DNA of 12,128 bases from Naegleria gruberi (taxonomy: Eukaryota). Every line of letters starts with the position of its first letter. The stretch's first letter is position 1. The notes under the pieces are model-generated. The model made no database searches. It saw only the letters and a list, made by a program, of their open reading frames with translations, and had not been told where the DNA came from. Made by a program: the position numbers and the translations under genes. This document shows positions 1 through 7,966 of this stretch, in pieces. Location of the stretch: assembly GCA_000004985.1 (NCBI GenBank), contig GG739006.1, one strand, 5' to 3'.

Positions 1-721
1 ATCACTTTGAAAATAACTGAAGAATAGTAGAGGAACGTGGGAGTGAAATACTTTTTTTCTTCAATTCAGAATCCGAGATGAAGATATTGTGGTTAGATTC
101 CTCCTCATCAGAATCATCTTCAGAGGAGGCAACATCTGAGTTGGTATTGCTCCTTCCTTCATGATGAAGGTACAATCCGATTCAATAATTTCATTGTTCT
201 ACCTTTTCGTGTTTGGCTTGTCCATTCGTGTAAGGTGTTGCCAAAGGTTTTGATTTTCGGTATAAAATTGTCAAGACATGTCCAAATTATTTATTTCCTA
301 CTAATTGAATATCTTCCAGTCCGATTAAACGGACTGCAACACTTCTTGGCAAATAGTATGAAAGGATAATGAGGTGTGGTTTTATACCTGCAGTAGCTTG
401 TGGAGTTTTTTTAAAGATTTAGAAATTTACAGATTAAAATTTTGGAGGGAAAAAGTTGATCCCAAACGGAGTTTATGTGCAAATGTGGGTAGTTTTGAAT
501 TATTACAAAAAGCGAATCATCATGATCTTAGTTGGCTTACTTTCTTTTAATAATGCCCAGATGCAAGGTACTGCGAATTGTTAGACTCAGCTTTATTTTA
601 TCTTGTATCTTAGTTATTTATTGTATGTGAGTTTCTATCCTAAACTCGTCAATCATGTGTCCGTTATAGTTAATAAAATATTTAAAATAATTTATTTTGA
701 ATTTTTTTAAAAATCAAAAAA

Positions 722-1219
722 ATGGCATCACTCACTCATTGTACCTCCCGATCGGTCATTCACAGTCTCTTCAAGAAATACGATCAAGATAATTCCAATT
801 CTATCAATATTTCTGAAATGAAGAATTTATTTGTTGCGGATATGGGAATTAACTTCTCCGATGATAATTTGATGGCCATTCAAATGTATATGGACAAGGA
901 TTCCGATGGTAAAATTTCCTTTGATGAATTTTTTAATTATTGGACAACTATTGTGAAGAATGATGAAGATATTGTAACAAAACCAGAGAGCAGTGAAAGA
1001 TTATACCGATTGACCTATGCTGCACTCTTATTCAAGAATACAGACACAAGTGGAAATAGACAAATATCGAGAGAGGAATTTGTTTCCTTCTATCAACAAT
1101 TGTACAATAATTATTCTGCAAATATGGCTGATATTGATTATGCTTTGAATTATATTGATACTGACAAGTCAGGTTCTTTGAGTTTCCAAGAATTGATTAA
1201 TTGGTTGAGATGGTTGTAA
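722..1219 (+). CDS. EF-hand calcium-binding protein (four EF-hand loops), 165 aa, intronless
   Basis: The ORF is complete from ATG to TAA. Two loops are canonical 12-residue EF-hand loops: DKDSDGKISFDE and DTDKSGSLSFQE. Two are degenerate: DQDNSNSINISE and DTSGNRQISREE. The start context is A-rich (caaaaaaATGG). Codon usage is yeast-like (AGA, TTG, GAT) and there is no in-frame CTG. Confidence 0.75.
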   Translation: MASLTHCTSRSVIHSLFKKYDQDNSNSINISEMKNLFVADMGINFSDDNLMAIQMYMDKDSDGKISFDEFFNYWTTIVKNDEDIVTKPESSERLYRLTYAALLFKNTDTSGNRQISREEFVSFYQQLYNNYSANMADIDYALNYIDTDKSGSLSFQELINWLRWL

Positions 1220-1317
1220 ATAGTTAATATTATTATTATCTGTGAAGTTATACTAATATTATAATTTATTTGTATAATTAGGAATATATACCTAGTAATT
1301 TATTTTTAATAGTATTA
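1220..1317. terminator. AT-rich convergent 3' intergenic region shared by the EF-hand gene (+) and the gap-truncated gene (-)
   Basis: These 98 bp sit between two convergent stop codons (TAA at 1217..1219 on +, TAA encoded by 1318..1320 on -). The stretch is very AT-rich, with TATATA and TAATAAT motifs typical of yeast-type 3'-end processing signals. No single processing element can be defined from sequence alone. Confidence 0.35.
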
Positions 1318-1516
1318 TTAATCTTCTGCTGTTTTAATTTCAGAGAGAATAGTTTGGAATAATTGTTTGTATCCACCACCTAAATTGGAAGAATATGTGA
1401 GCGACCAAACATGATTTCCTGTAGTATTTACAAGTGCCTCGATATGTGTAATCTTTTTCATACTTTCAGGTGTGAGTTCTGGAGGATTTTTCAATTCATA
1501 TTCACATTCTGATAGA
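1318..1516 (-). CDS. 3' terminal part of a protein-coding gene whose 5' portion lies in the N-run; product unknown
   Basis: The open minus-strand frame reads ...LSECEYELKNPPELTPESMKKITHIEALVNTTGNHVWSLTYSSNLGGGYKQLFQTILSEIKTAED*. Its stop is encoded at 1318..1320, and the frame is still open where the N-run starts at 1517. Codon usage is protein-like. The six-frame track does not list it because the frame has no start codon before the gap. Confidence 0.45.
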
Positions 1517-3811
1517 NNNNNNNNNNNNNNNNNNNNNNNNNNNNNNNNNNNNNNNNNNNNNNNNNNNNNNNNNNNNNNNNNNNNNNNNNNNNNNNNNNNN
1601 NNNNNNNNNNNNNNNNNNNNNNNNNNNNNNNNNNNNNNNNNNNNNNNNNNNNNNNNNNNNNNNNNNNNNNNNNNNNNNNNNNNNNNNNNNNNNNNNNNNN
1701 NNNNNNNNNNNNNNNNNNNNNNNNNNNNNNNNNNNNNNNNNNNNNNNNNNNNNNNNNNNNNNNNNNNNNNNNNNNNNNNNNNNNNNNNNNNNNNNNNNNN
1801 NNNNNNNNNNNNNNNNNNNNNNNNNNNNNNNNNNNNNNNNNNNNNNNNNNNNNNNNNNNNNNNNNNNNNNNNNNNNNNNNNNNNNNNNNNNNNNNNNNNN
1901 NNNNNNNNNNNNNNNNNNNNNNNNNNNNNNNNNNNNNNNNNNNNNNNNNNNNNNNNNNNNNNNNNNNNNNNNNNNNNNNNNNNNNNNNNNNNNNNNNNNN
2001 NNNNNNNNNNNNNNNNNNNNNNNNNNNNNNNNNNNNNNNNNNNNNNNNNNNNNNNNNNNNNNNNNNNNNNNNNNNNNNNNNNNNNNNNNNNNNNNNNNNN
2101 NNNNNNNNNNNNNNNNNNNNNNNNNNNNNNNNNNNNNNNNNNNNNNNNNNNNNNNNNNNNNNNNNNNNNNNNNNNNNNNNNNNNNNNNNNNNNNNNNNNN
2201 NNNNNNNNNNNNNNNNNNNNNNNNNNNNNNNNNNNNNNNNNNNNNNNNNNNNNNNNNNNNNNNNNNNNNNNNNNNNNNNNNNNNNNNNNNNNNNNNNNNN
2301 NNNNNNNNNNNNNNNNNNNNNNNNNNNNNNNNNNNNNNNNNNNNNNNNNNNNNNNNNNNNNNNNNNNNNNNNNNNNNNNNNNNNNNNNNNNNNNNNNNNN
2401 NNNNNNNNNNNNNNNNNNNNNNNNNNNNNNNNNNNNNNNNNNNNNNNNNNNNNNNNNNNNNNNNNNNNNNNNNNNNNNNNNNNNNNNNNNNNNNNNNNNN
2501 NNNNNNNNNNNNNNNNNNNNNNNNNNNNNNNNNNNNNNNNNNNNNNNNNNNNNNNNNNNNNNNNNNNNNNNNNNNNNNNNNNNNNNNNNNNNNNNNNNNN
2601 NNNNNNNNNNNNNNNNNNNNNNNNNNNNNNNNNNNNNNNNNNNNNNNNNNNNNNNNNNNNNNNNNNNNNNNNNNNNNNNNNNNNNNNNNNNNNNNNNNNN
2701 NNNNNNNNNNNNNNNNNNNNNNNNNNNNNNNNNNNNNNNNNNNNNNNNNNNNNNNNNNNNNNNNNNNNNNNNNNNNNNNNNNNNNNNNNNNNNNNNNNNN
2801 NNNNNNNNNNNNNNNNNNNNNNNNNNNNNNNNNNNNNNNNNNNNNNNNNNNNNNNNNNNNNNNNNNNNNNNNNNNNNNNNNNNNNNNNNNNNNNNNNNNN
2901 NNNNNNNNNNNNNNNNNNNNNNNNNNNNNNNNNNNNNNNNNNNNNNNNNNNNNNNNNNNNNNNNNNNNNNNNNNNNNNNNNNNNNNNNNNNNNNNNNNNN
3001 NNNNNNNNNNNNNNNNNNNNNNNNNNNNNNNNNNNNNNNNNNNNNNNNNNNNNNNNNNNNNNNNNNNNNNNNNNNNNNNNNNNNNNNNNNNNNNNNNNNN
3101 NNNNNNNNNNNNNNNNNNNNNNNNNNNNNNNNNNNNNNNNNNNNNNNNNNNNNNNNNNNNNNNNNNNNNNNNNNNNNNNNNNNNNNNNNNNNNNNNNNNN
3201 NNNNNNNNNNNNNNNNNNNNNNNNNNNNNNNNNNNNNNNNNNNNNNNNNNNNNNNNNNNNNNNNNNNNNNNNNNNNNNNNNNNNNNNNNNNNNNNNNNNN
3301 NNNNNNNNNNNNNNNNNNNNNNNNNNNNNNNNNNNNNNNNNNNNNNNNNNNNNNNNNNNNNNNNNNNNNNNNNNNNNNNNNNNNNNNNNNNNNNNNNNNN
3401 NNNNNNNNNNNNNNNNNNNNNNNNNNNNNNNNNNNNNNNNNNNNNNNNNNNNNNNNNNNNNNNNNNNNNNNNNNNNNNNNNNNNNNNNNNNNNNNNNNNN
3501 NNNNNNNNNNNNNNNNNNNNNNNNNNNNNNNNNNNNNNNNNNNNNNNNNNNNNNNNNNNNNNNNNNNNNNNNNNNNNNNNNNNNNNNNNNNNNNNNNNNN
3601 NNNNNNNNNNNNNNNNNNNNNNNNNNNNNNNNNNNNNNNNNNNNNNNNNNNNNNNNNNNNNNNNNNNNNNNNNNNNNNNNNNNNNNNNNNNNNNNNNNNN
3701 NNNNNNNNNNNNNNNNNNNNNNNNNNNNNNNNNNNNNNNNNNNNNNNNNNNNNNNNNNNNNNNNNNNNNNNNNNNNNNNNNNNNNNNNNNNNNNNNNNNN
3801 NNNNNNNNNNN
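1517..3811. other. N-run (2295 nt), assembly gap or masked segment
   Basis: This is a contiguous run of n. Every ORF the track draws across it (1472..3853 +, 1491..3878 -, 1502..3823 -) is an artefact of N translating to X. Confidence 1.
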
Positions 3812-4423
3812 CAACACTATCACACCTCGGATGATTGGGAAGACTCAAACTGAATGAAAAGAGAAGTGATTTGTGCAAAATTTATTTTGCTGATGATCAG
3901 ATGATGAAAGTACTTTCCAACAATAGATAATCAACAACATATTATCAAATTCAATATTCCAATATGAATAATCTGGATTGTGTACCAGTCATAAGAAAGC
4001 TTTTGGGTAATCAGAGACGACATTTGTAATCACCAATTGTCCAAGCATCTATGCTCAAACAGAAGTTAACTCTTCGGAAAGGTGTATTAAGCTCATCAGA
4101 ATTCTCGAATTCTGAACCACAAAACACCAGCGGAAGATTTTCCAATGACAACGTTAAAGGAATCTAATTCATTGAGGAATATTGACAACTAACATTCTCA
4201 ATAAAAAAGTTATTGTCAAAGAAATATTAACATCTATTGGACTGACAAGAACAATTTCATTTATTAAACCTTTTGAAGTCAGTGGACTTGTTTCAGTAGT
4301 AAGATCTCTAGCTTCAATTTGATTAGATTCGGTTGCCCATGGTGTTACCAGATTCTTGCCTTCTCCTTCTTTCTTCTTCTAACACAAACAATGATTATTG
4401 AAATAATGACAATTGAAGATAGG

Positions 4424-4627
4424 TCAATTCATTGAGGAAATACTCAATAATCTAATATATTCATGATAATCGGAACCAGAAGTTCTGACAGCTGGCATGT
4501 CAGCAACACAATTCTTCAATTTCGAGTTAATTAAAGTTTCCTTAATTAAATCCATTTTCTTAACTTGATCTCTTGAGAATAATGAAACAGTTCTAGCAAC
4601 CATATTATTCAACATGTTGGATAACAT
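4424..4627 (-). CDS. small hypothetical ORF (67 aa from the first ATG), function unknown; may be an exon of a larger spliced gene
   Basis: The sequence runs ATG TTA TCC AAC ATG ... AAT TGA. The product is MLSNMLNNMVARTVSLFSRDQVKKMDLIKETLINSKLKNCVADMPAVRTSGSDYHEYIRLLSISSMN. Codon choice is yeast-like (AGA, GTT, GCT, TCT, GGT). The track's longer version starts at a TTG and is not a real start. No recognisable domain was found. Confidence 0.3.
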   Translation of the reverse strand: MLSNMLNNMVARTVSLFSRDQVKKMDLIKETLINSKLKNCVADMPAVRTSGSDYHEYIRLLSISSMN

Positions 4628-5031
4628 TGTAGAGGCGCTATTCAATGAAGATTCGACTTCTTCGTCTTATAAATTGAGTTTCGCATAAGCGGTTTAGACA
4701 ATTGACTTGAAGTACAATTTTCCTCATTTTCAATTTACTAAAGTATGCTTTGATAATCTTTGCGCCAATTTCGGTCAACTGTCTTTGCCGCATTTGTATG
4801 TGGATTCCAAAGATTGGAAAACTCTCAAGGCAGAATCTGGTTGCAGACGAAATGGCAGTAGGACTTGTGATAAAATCTTTGTAGTTCCAAGTCACATTAT
4901 ATGATTATTCAAATTCAATATTGACTAAAGTTGAACAATGCAGATTGATAAAATAATCCTTAATCTTAATGAAAGAACTTCAATTTGCAAAAATTTTAAA
5001 TATCATTCCAATAGAACATTGGAATAATCAT

Positions 5032-5947
5032 TTAATTCCAAATGTTAAATTTCCTCTTGTTTTCCTTATTGATATCAAAGGTTCCCTTCTTCTTTCCAGA
5101 TTCTTCATCAATTGATCCACCCAATCCACCACAACAGTACACAACCTTTGTTAAATCATTTGGCAACTCAATATTCAACTTTTCAGCTTGAGCTTTCATG
5201 GCTTGTTCTGTTAAAATCTTTTCCAAAGAAATTGAAATATTCCATTCACTGGAAAAATCATAGACATAATCAATACTGTCAACACTTCTATTCAAAACCG
5301 AGTCCAATCTACATTTCGATTCTTCTTTTCCTTCCTGACACATACTTCTATCTGTGAATTCGCCTTTACAGGTGTGAAACATGTGCAAGTGACCATCATC
5401 CCAATCAAAAGCATACATGAGTAAATTGTGTAAATGTCGCAGATTAGCATTCTGAACTGACAAACACATTACTCTATTAAATTTGTTTCTTGGCAAATCA
5501 AATTTAACATTAAAATAAACTCCTGATTGACCAGAAGAGCTACTTGCTGATTGACCACTTTCCATTTTCTGCTTCTTCTTCTTTGGCTCAACCACTTTCT
5601 TCACAATTTTAGTTTCCTCCTCACTTTCGTCACTTTCCTCATCAATACCTTCCTCTTCCAACATTTCCTTCATGTACATCTCCATTCGTTTCTCAAACTC
5701 TTCCTTTTCAGTTCTATCGCCACTATTATATAATTCTTCTTCGCCATCTTCGTCATCAGTATAATCACCATCATCATCGTCACTGTAATAATCATCATCA
5801 TCATCATCATCATCACTCCCTTGTTTGTTGGCTAAGAGTTTTACCATCTTTTCAAAGTAGGCATTTGCTTCTTTTTTAGTGGGGAAGGGAGCAGACTTAA
5901 TGTTCGGAGTTTTTGTTTTTTTTGTTGTTGTTGTTGTTGTGGAAGAT
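5032..5947 (-). CDS. acidic protein with poly-Asp and poly-Thr tracts and a C-terminal HLHxF (pRiA4b ORF-3-like?) domain; 5' end truncated by N-run
   Basis: The minus-strand frame is open from the gap edge (5947) to the stop at 5032..5034. It encodes SSTTTTTTKK..., DDDDDDDD, a KKKKQK basic patch, and then ...YFNVKFDLPRNKFNRVMCLSVQNANLRHLHNLLMYAFDWDDGHLHMFH.... The true start is ambiguous. The ATG encoded at 5845..5847 (MVKLLANKQG..., context aaagATGG) is a plausible start and would give 271 aa. The track's N-terminus MKAAIDQLVR (6199..6228) sits across a 251-nt N-run that is not a multiple of 3, so that join is unreliable. Confidence 0.65.
5791..5814 (-). repeat. (GAT)8 trinucleotide repeat encoding Asp8 inside the CDS
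   Basis: The + strand reads atcatcatcatcatcatcatcatc, which is GAT x8 on the coding (minus) strand. This matches DDDDDDDD in the translation. Confidence 0.9.
5911..5939. repeat. T-run followed by (TTG)6 microsatellite abutting the N-run
   Basis: The sequence ttttgtttttttt is followed by ttgttgttgttgttgttg, which is (CAA)n/poly-A on the minus strand. It encodes the poly-Thr/Lys stretch if this region is coding. The repeat lies directly next to gap 2 and probably caused the assembly break there. Confidence 0.85.
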
Positions 5948-6198
5948 NNNNNNNNNNNNNNNNNNNNNNNNNNNNNNNNNNNNNNNNNNNNNNNNNNNNN
6001 NNNNNNNNNNNNNNNNNNNNNNNNNNNNNNNNNNNNNNNNNNNNNNNNNNNNNNNNNNNNNNNNNNNNNNNNNNNNNNNNNNNNNNNNNNNNNNNNNNNN
6101 NNNNNNNNNNNNNNNNNNNNNNNNNNNNNNNNNNNNNNNNNNNNNNNNNNNNNNNNNNNNNNNNNNNNNNNNNNNNNNNNNNNNNNNNNNNNNNNNNN
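5948..6198. other. N-run (251 nt)
   Basis: This is a contiguous run of n. The track ORFs 5879..6211 + and 5913..6203 + are X-translation artefacts. Confidence 1.
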
Positions 6199-6329
6199 TC
6201 TAACCAACTGATCTATCGCTGCTTTCATTATTAACTAACTTTACTGTGTTGACATCATATAAGAGAAATTTTCTTTTTACCAATATTAACTTTCAAAGTT
6301 CTTTAAACTTCAAAAATAATTAAAAAAAA

Positions 6330-7580
6330 ATGAAAAGAAAGGAATCTTCCAACACCTCAACCAAACAACAGCAGAAAAAATTAAAACGTTCAGACGACTT
6401 TCAAAATGCTACCAATCACGAAATTGACCATGAAATTGCAACCATTGATTCCGAGATTAAGAATTTGAACCAATTTAAAGAGGAATTGTTGATTATCAAG
6501 AGAATGAGACCTCAGACTAATGTTTATTATTCTGCCGAAATGAAGAAGAATGCTTCCATTGTTACCAATTCATCAGCAGCAGCTATTTTCCAGTTGCAGA
6601 AAATTGGAACTGATCCAATGAGTTTAGTTTTGGAGTTTGCATTTAAACATCAAGTATTAGAAATTGGTGAACTGAAAGAGTTGACTTTATTATGTAAGGC
6701 CTTTTGGGAGACAATTTATTTCGTACCGTTCACAATCAGTCTTGGGAAGGAAGTTAAAAAGATAGACACAAAGAAAATGTCCAAATTGACCAACCTGAAA
6801 GGTATTGAAATAGCTTGGTATCCATTGAATATCAAGTTGATGGAACATTTACTCAAATTGAATGGCAACCTATTGGATAACCTTGTCATCAGATACGATT
6901 ACTATAATGGTAAAGGTGTTGTGATTCCATCAACTTTTGCCAATTCTTTCAAATCATTGAAATATGTCGATTGTTTAGATTCTAAAAAGAAAAAGTTTGA
7001 CTTTTCACAAATGACATCGGTGGATAATTTTTGCCTTATTCTTCATTCCTCATCGAGAGATTATCATGAAAAGATGATTCCCTGTTTTCCTCCCAATTTG
7101 AAAAAGTTTTGCATTTTGAGATCGAATATTGATCAATATCTGAAATTTCCAGATATTTTGAAATATGAACATGTAACAATTATTGAACCACAGGATGTAC
7201 TGGCCACGAATAGTATTAGGAGAAATCTATTTGTGGACTTTTATCTACCAGCAAGCTCAACAAAGACTTTAACCTTAATTCGTTTAAGTGCCAAACAAAA
7301 GAAACCAGATCCTCTCATTCCACTTTTAGCTCAACATGAAATCATTGCAAAGGATGTTAATGGAGTGTTTGTTGTGGCAGCAAGTGCCAAGTACATGACC
7401 AATATCATGTCTTTGGCAGAGGTAGCTCATAAACATTTGGAGGTGGCATTTGAGGAAGATTCGGCTGTTCCTAATTATCCCTCAAATAGGTACATTGATG
7501 AGCACTTTAAGGTTTTTAAGAGTTTCTTCCCTGACTTGGTTTACTCCCATGATGGGCAACACGTTTCACCTCATTATTAA
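6330..7580 (+). CDS. hypothetical protein, 416 aa, with a basic N-terminus and an F-box-like motif; intronless
   Basis: The ORF is complete from ATG to TAA, in the context aaaaaaaaATGAAA. The N-terminus MKRKESSNTSTKQQQKKLKRSDD is basic and NLS-like. The segment DPMSLVLEFAFKHQVLEIGELKELTLLCKAFWETI (about nt 6620..6720) fits the F-box pattern LxxEIxxxIFxxL...LxxLxxVCKxWxxx. The rest is rich in L/I/N/K and could be LRR-like. Four in-frame CTG codons are present. Confidence 0.7.
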   Translation: MKRKESSNTSTKQQQKKLKRSDDFQNATNHEIDHEIATIDSEIKNLNQFKEELLIIKRMRPQTNVYYSAEMKKNASIVTNSSAAAIFQLQKIGTDPMSLVLEFAFKHQVLEIGELKELTLLCKAFWETIYFVPFTISLGKEVKKIDTKKMSKLTNLKGIEIAWYPLNIKLMEHLLKLNGNLLDNLVIRYDYYNGKGVVIPSTFANSFKSLKYVDCLDSKKKKFDFSQMTSVDNFCLILHSSSRDYHEKMIPCFPPNLKKFCILRSNIDQYLKFPDILKYEHVTIIEPQDVLATNSIRRNLFVDFYLPASSTKTLTLIRLSAKQKKPDPLIPLLAQHEIIAKDVNGVFVVAASAKYMTNIMSLAEVAHKHLEVAFEEDSAVPNYPSNRYIDEHFKVFKSFFPDLVYSHDGQHVSPHY

Positions 7581-7806
7581 TTCATTCGACAATTTTCCCG
7601 CCATATATATTTATAAACAACACAATTCACTTATTTCCAGGCGAATCATTAAGGAAGTCAATTAGATTGTTCAATCAACTAGTTGTAAATTAATTTTTGC
7701 AATGTAAGAAATTTGAAAATAACAAGATCATTATCTTCAACCAGTCAACTGCAACTGTTTAGAAATTCAACCATGGATATTTAAATAGTCGTGTGCATAA
7801 ATCCAA

Positions 7807-7885
7807 AGGCCTAGGGTGCACTTTTAAAATGGCCGTCATTTCTCTAAAACCAACTGAAAGATTATCCTAGGTGCCTAGTGCGTAC
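7807..7885. promoter_or_regulatory. GC-rich palindrome cluster in the SDR gene promoter (about -160 to -82 from the ATG)
   Basis: The cluster is aGGCCTAGGGTGCAc (7807..7821) followed about 45 bp later by tCCTAGGTGCCTAGTGCGTAC (7866..7885). The two share the core CCTAGG(G)TGC. It stands out against the AT-rich intergenic background. TATA-like tatttaaata (7776..7785) and tatttaagc (about 7888) lie nearby. Confidence 0.25.
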
Positions 7886-7966
7886 TAATTCAAACCTATT
7901 TAAGCAACAAAAACAATTATTGCAATTCTTCAAATAATAATTCAAAAAAACAACAACAACAACAAA

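Noticed and set aside
2-182. Minus-strand open frame at the window start encoding an acidic Ser/Asp/Glu-rich tail (...SSEDDSDEEESNHNIFISDSELKKKSISLPRSSTILQLFSK*)
   Set aside because: It looks like a protein C-terminus. However, an in-frame stop lies immediately upstream (encoded near 183..185), there is no ATG, and no convincing splice acceptor. It cannot be tied to a gene within the window.
1472-3878. Track ORFs 1472..3853 (+), 1491..3878 (-) and 1502..3823 (-), of 773 to 795 aa
   Set aside because: Almost all of their length is X from the N-run. Only 13 to 22 real codons flank the gap, so they are not evidence of genes. The real flanking coding signal is the separate minus frame 1318..1516.
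3891-4100. Possible box C/D snoRNA (TGATGA motifs at 3891..3907 on + and CTGATGA near 4091..4099 on -)
   Set aside because: No properly spaced D box (CTGA) with a terminal stem could be found for either candidate. UGAUGA alone is too common in AT-rich sequence.
4638-4904. Track ORFs 4638..4895 (-) and 4707..4904 (+)
   Set aside because: Both start at non-ATG (TTG-type) codons in the track and have Arg/Cys-rich products with no domain signature. Part of the minus one (MRQRQLTEIGAKIIKAYF...) is kept only as a possibility inside the finding on the 3854..5031 region.
5112-5733. Embedded + strand ORFs 5112..5357 and 5551..5733. Similar embedded ORFs are 7450..7665 (+), 8298..8483 (+) and 10551..10808 (-).
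   Set aside because: They lie antisense to, or out of frame within, much longer and better-supported genes. Their products are low-complexity (F/L-rich) or have no motifs.
5879-6211. Track ORFs 5879..6211 (+) and 5913..6203 (+)
   Set aside because: They consist of low-complexity poly-V/F from the T-run/(TTG)n repeat plus X from the gap, and they lie antisense to the acidic-protein frame.
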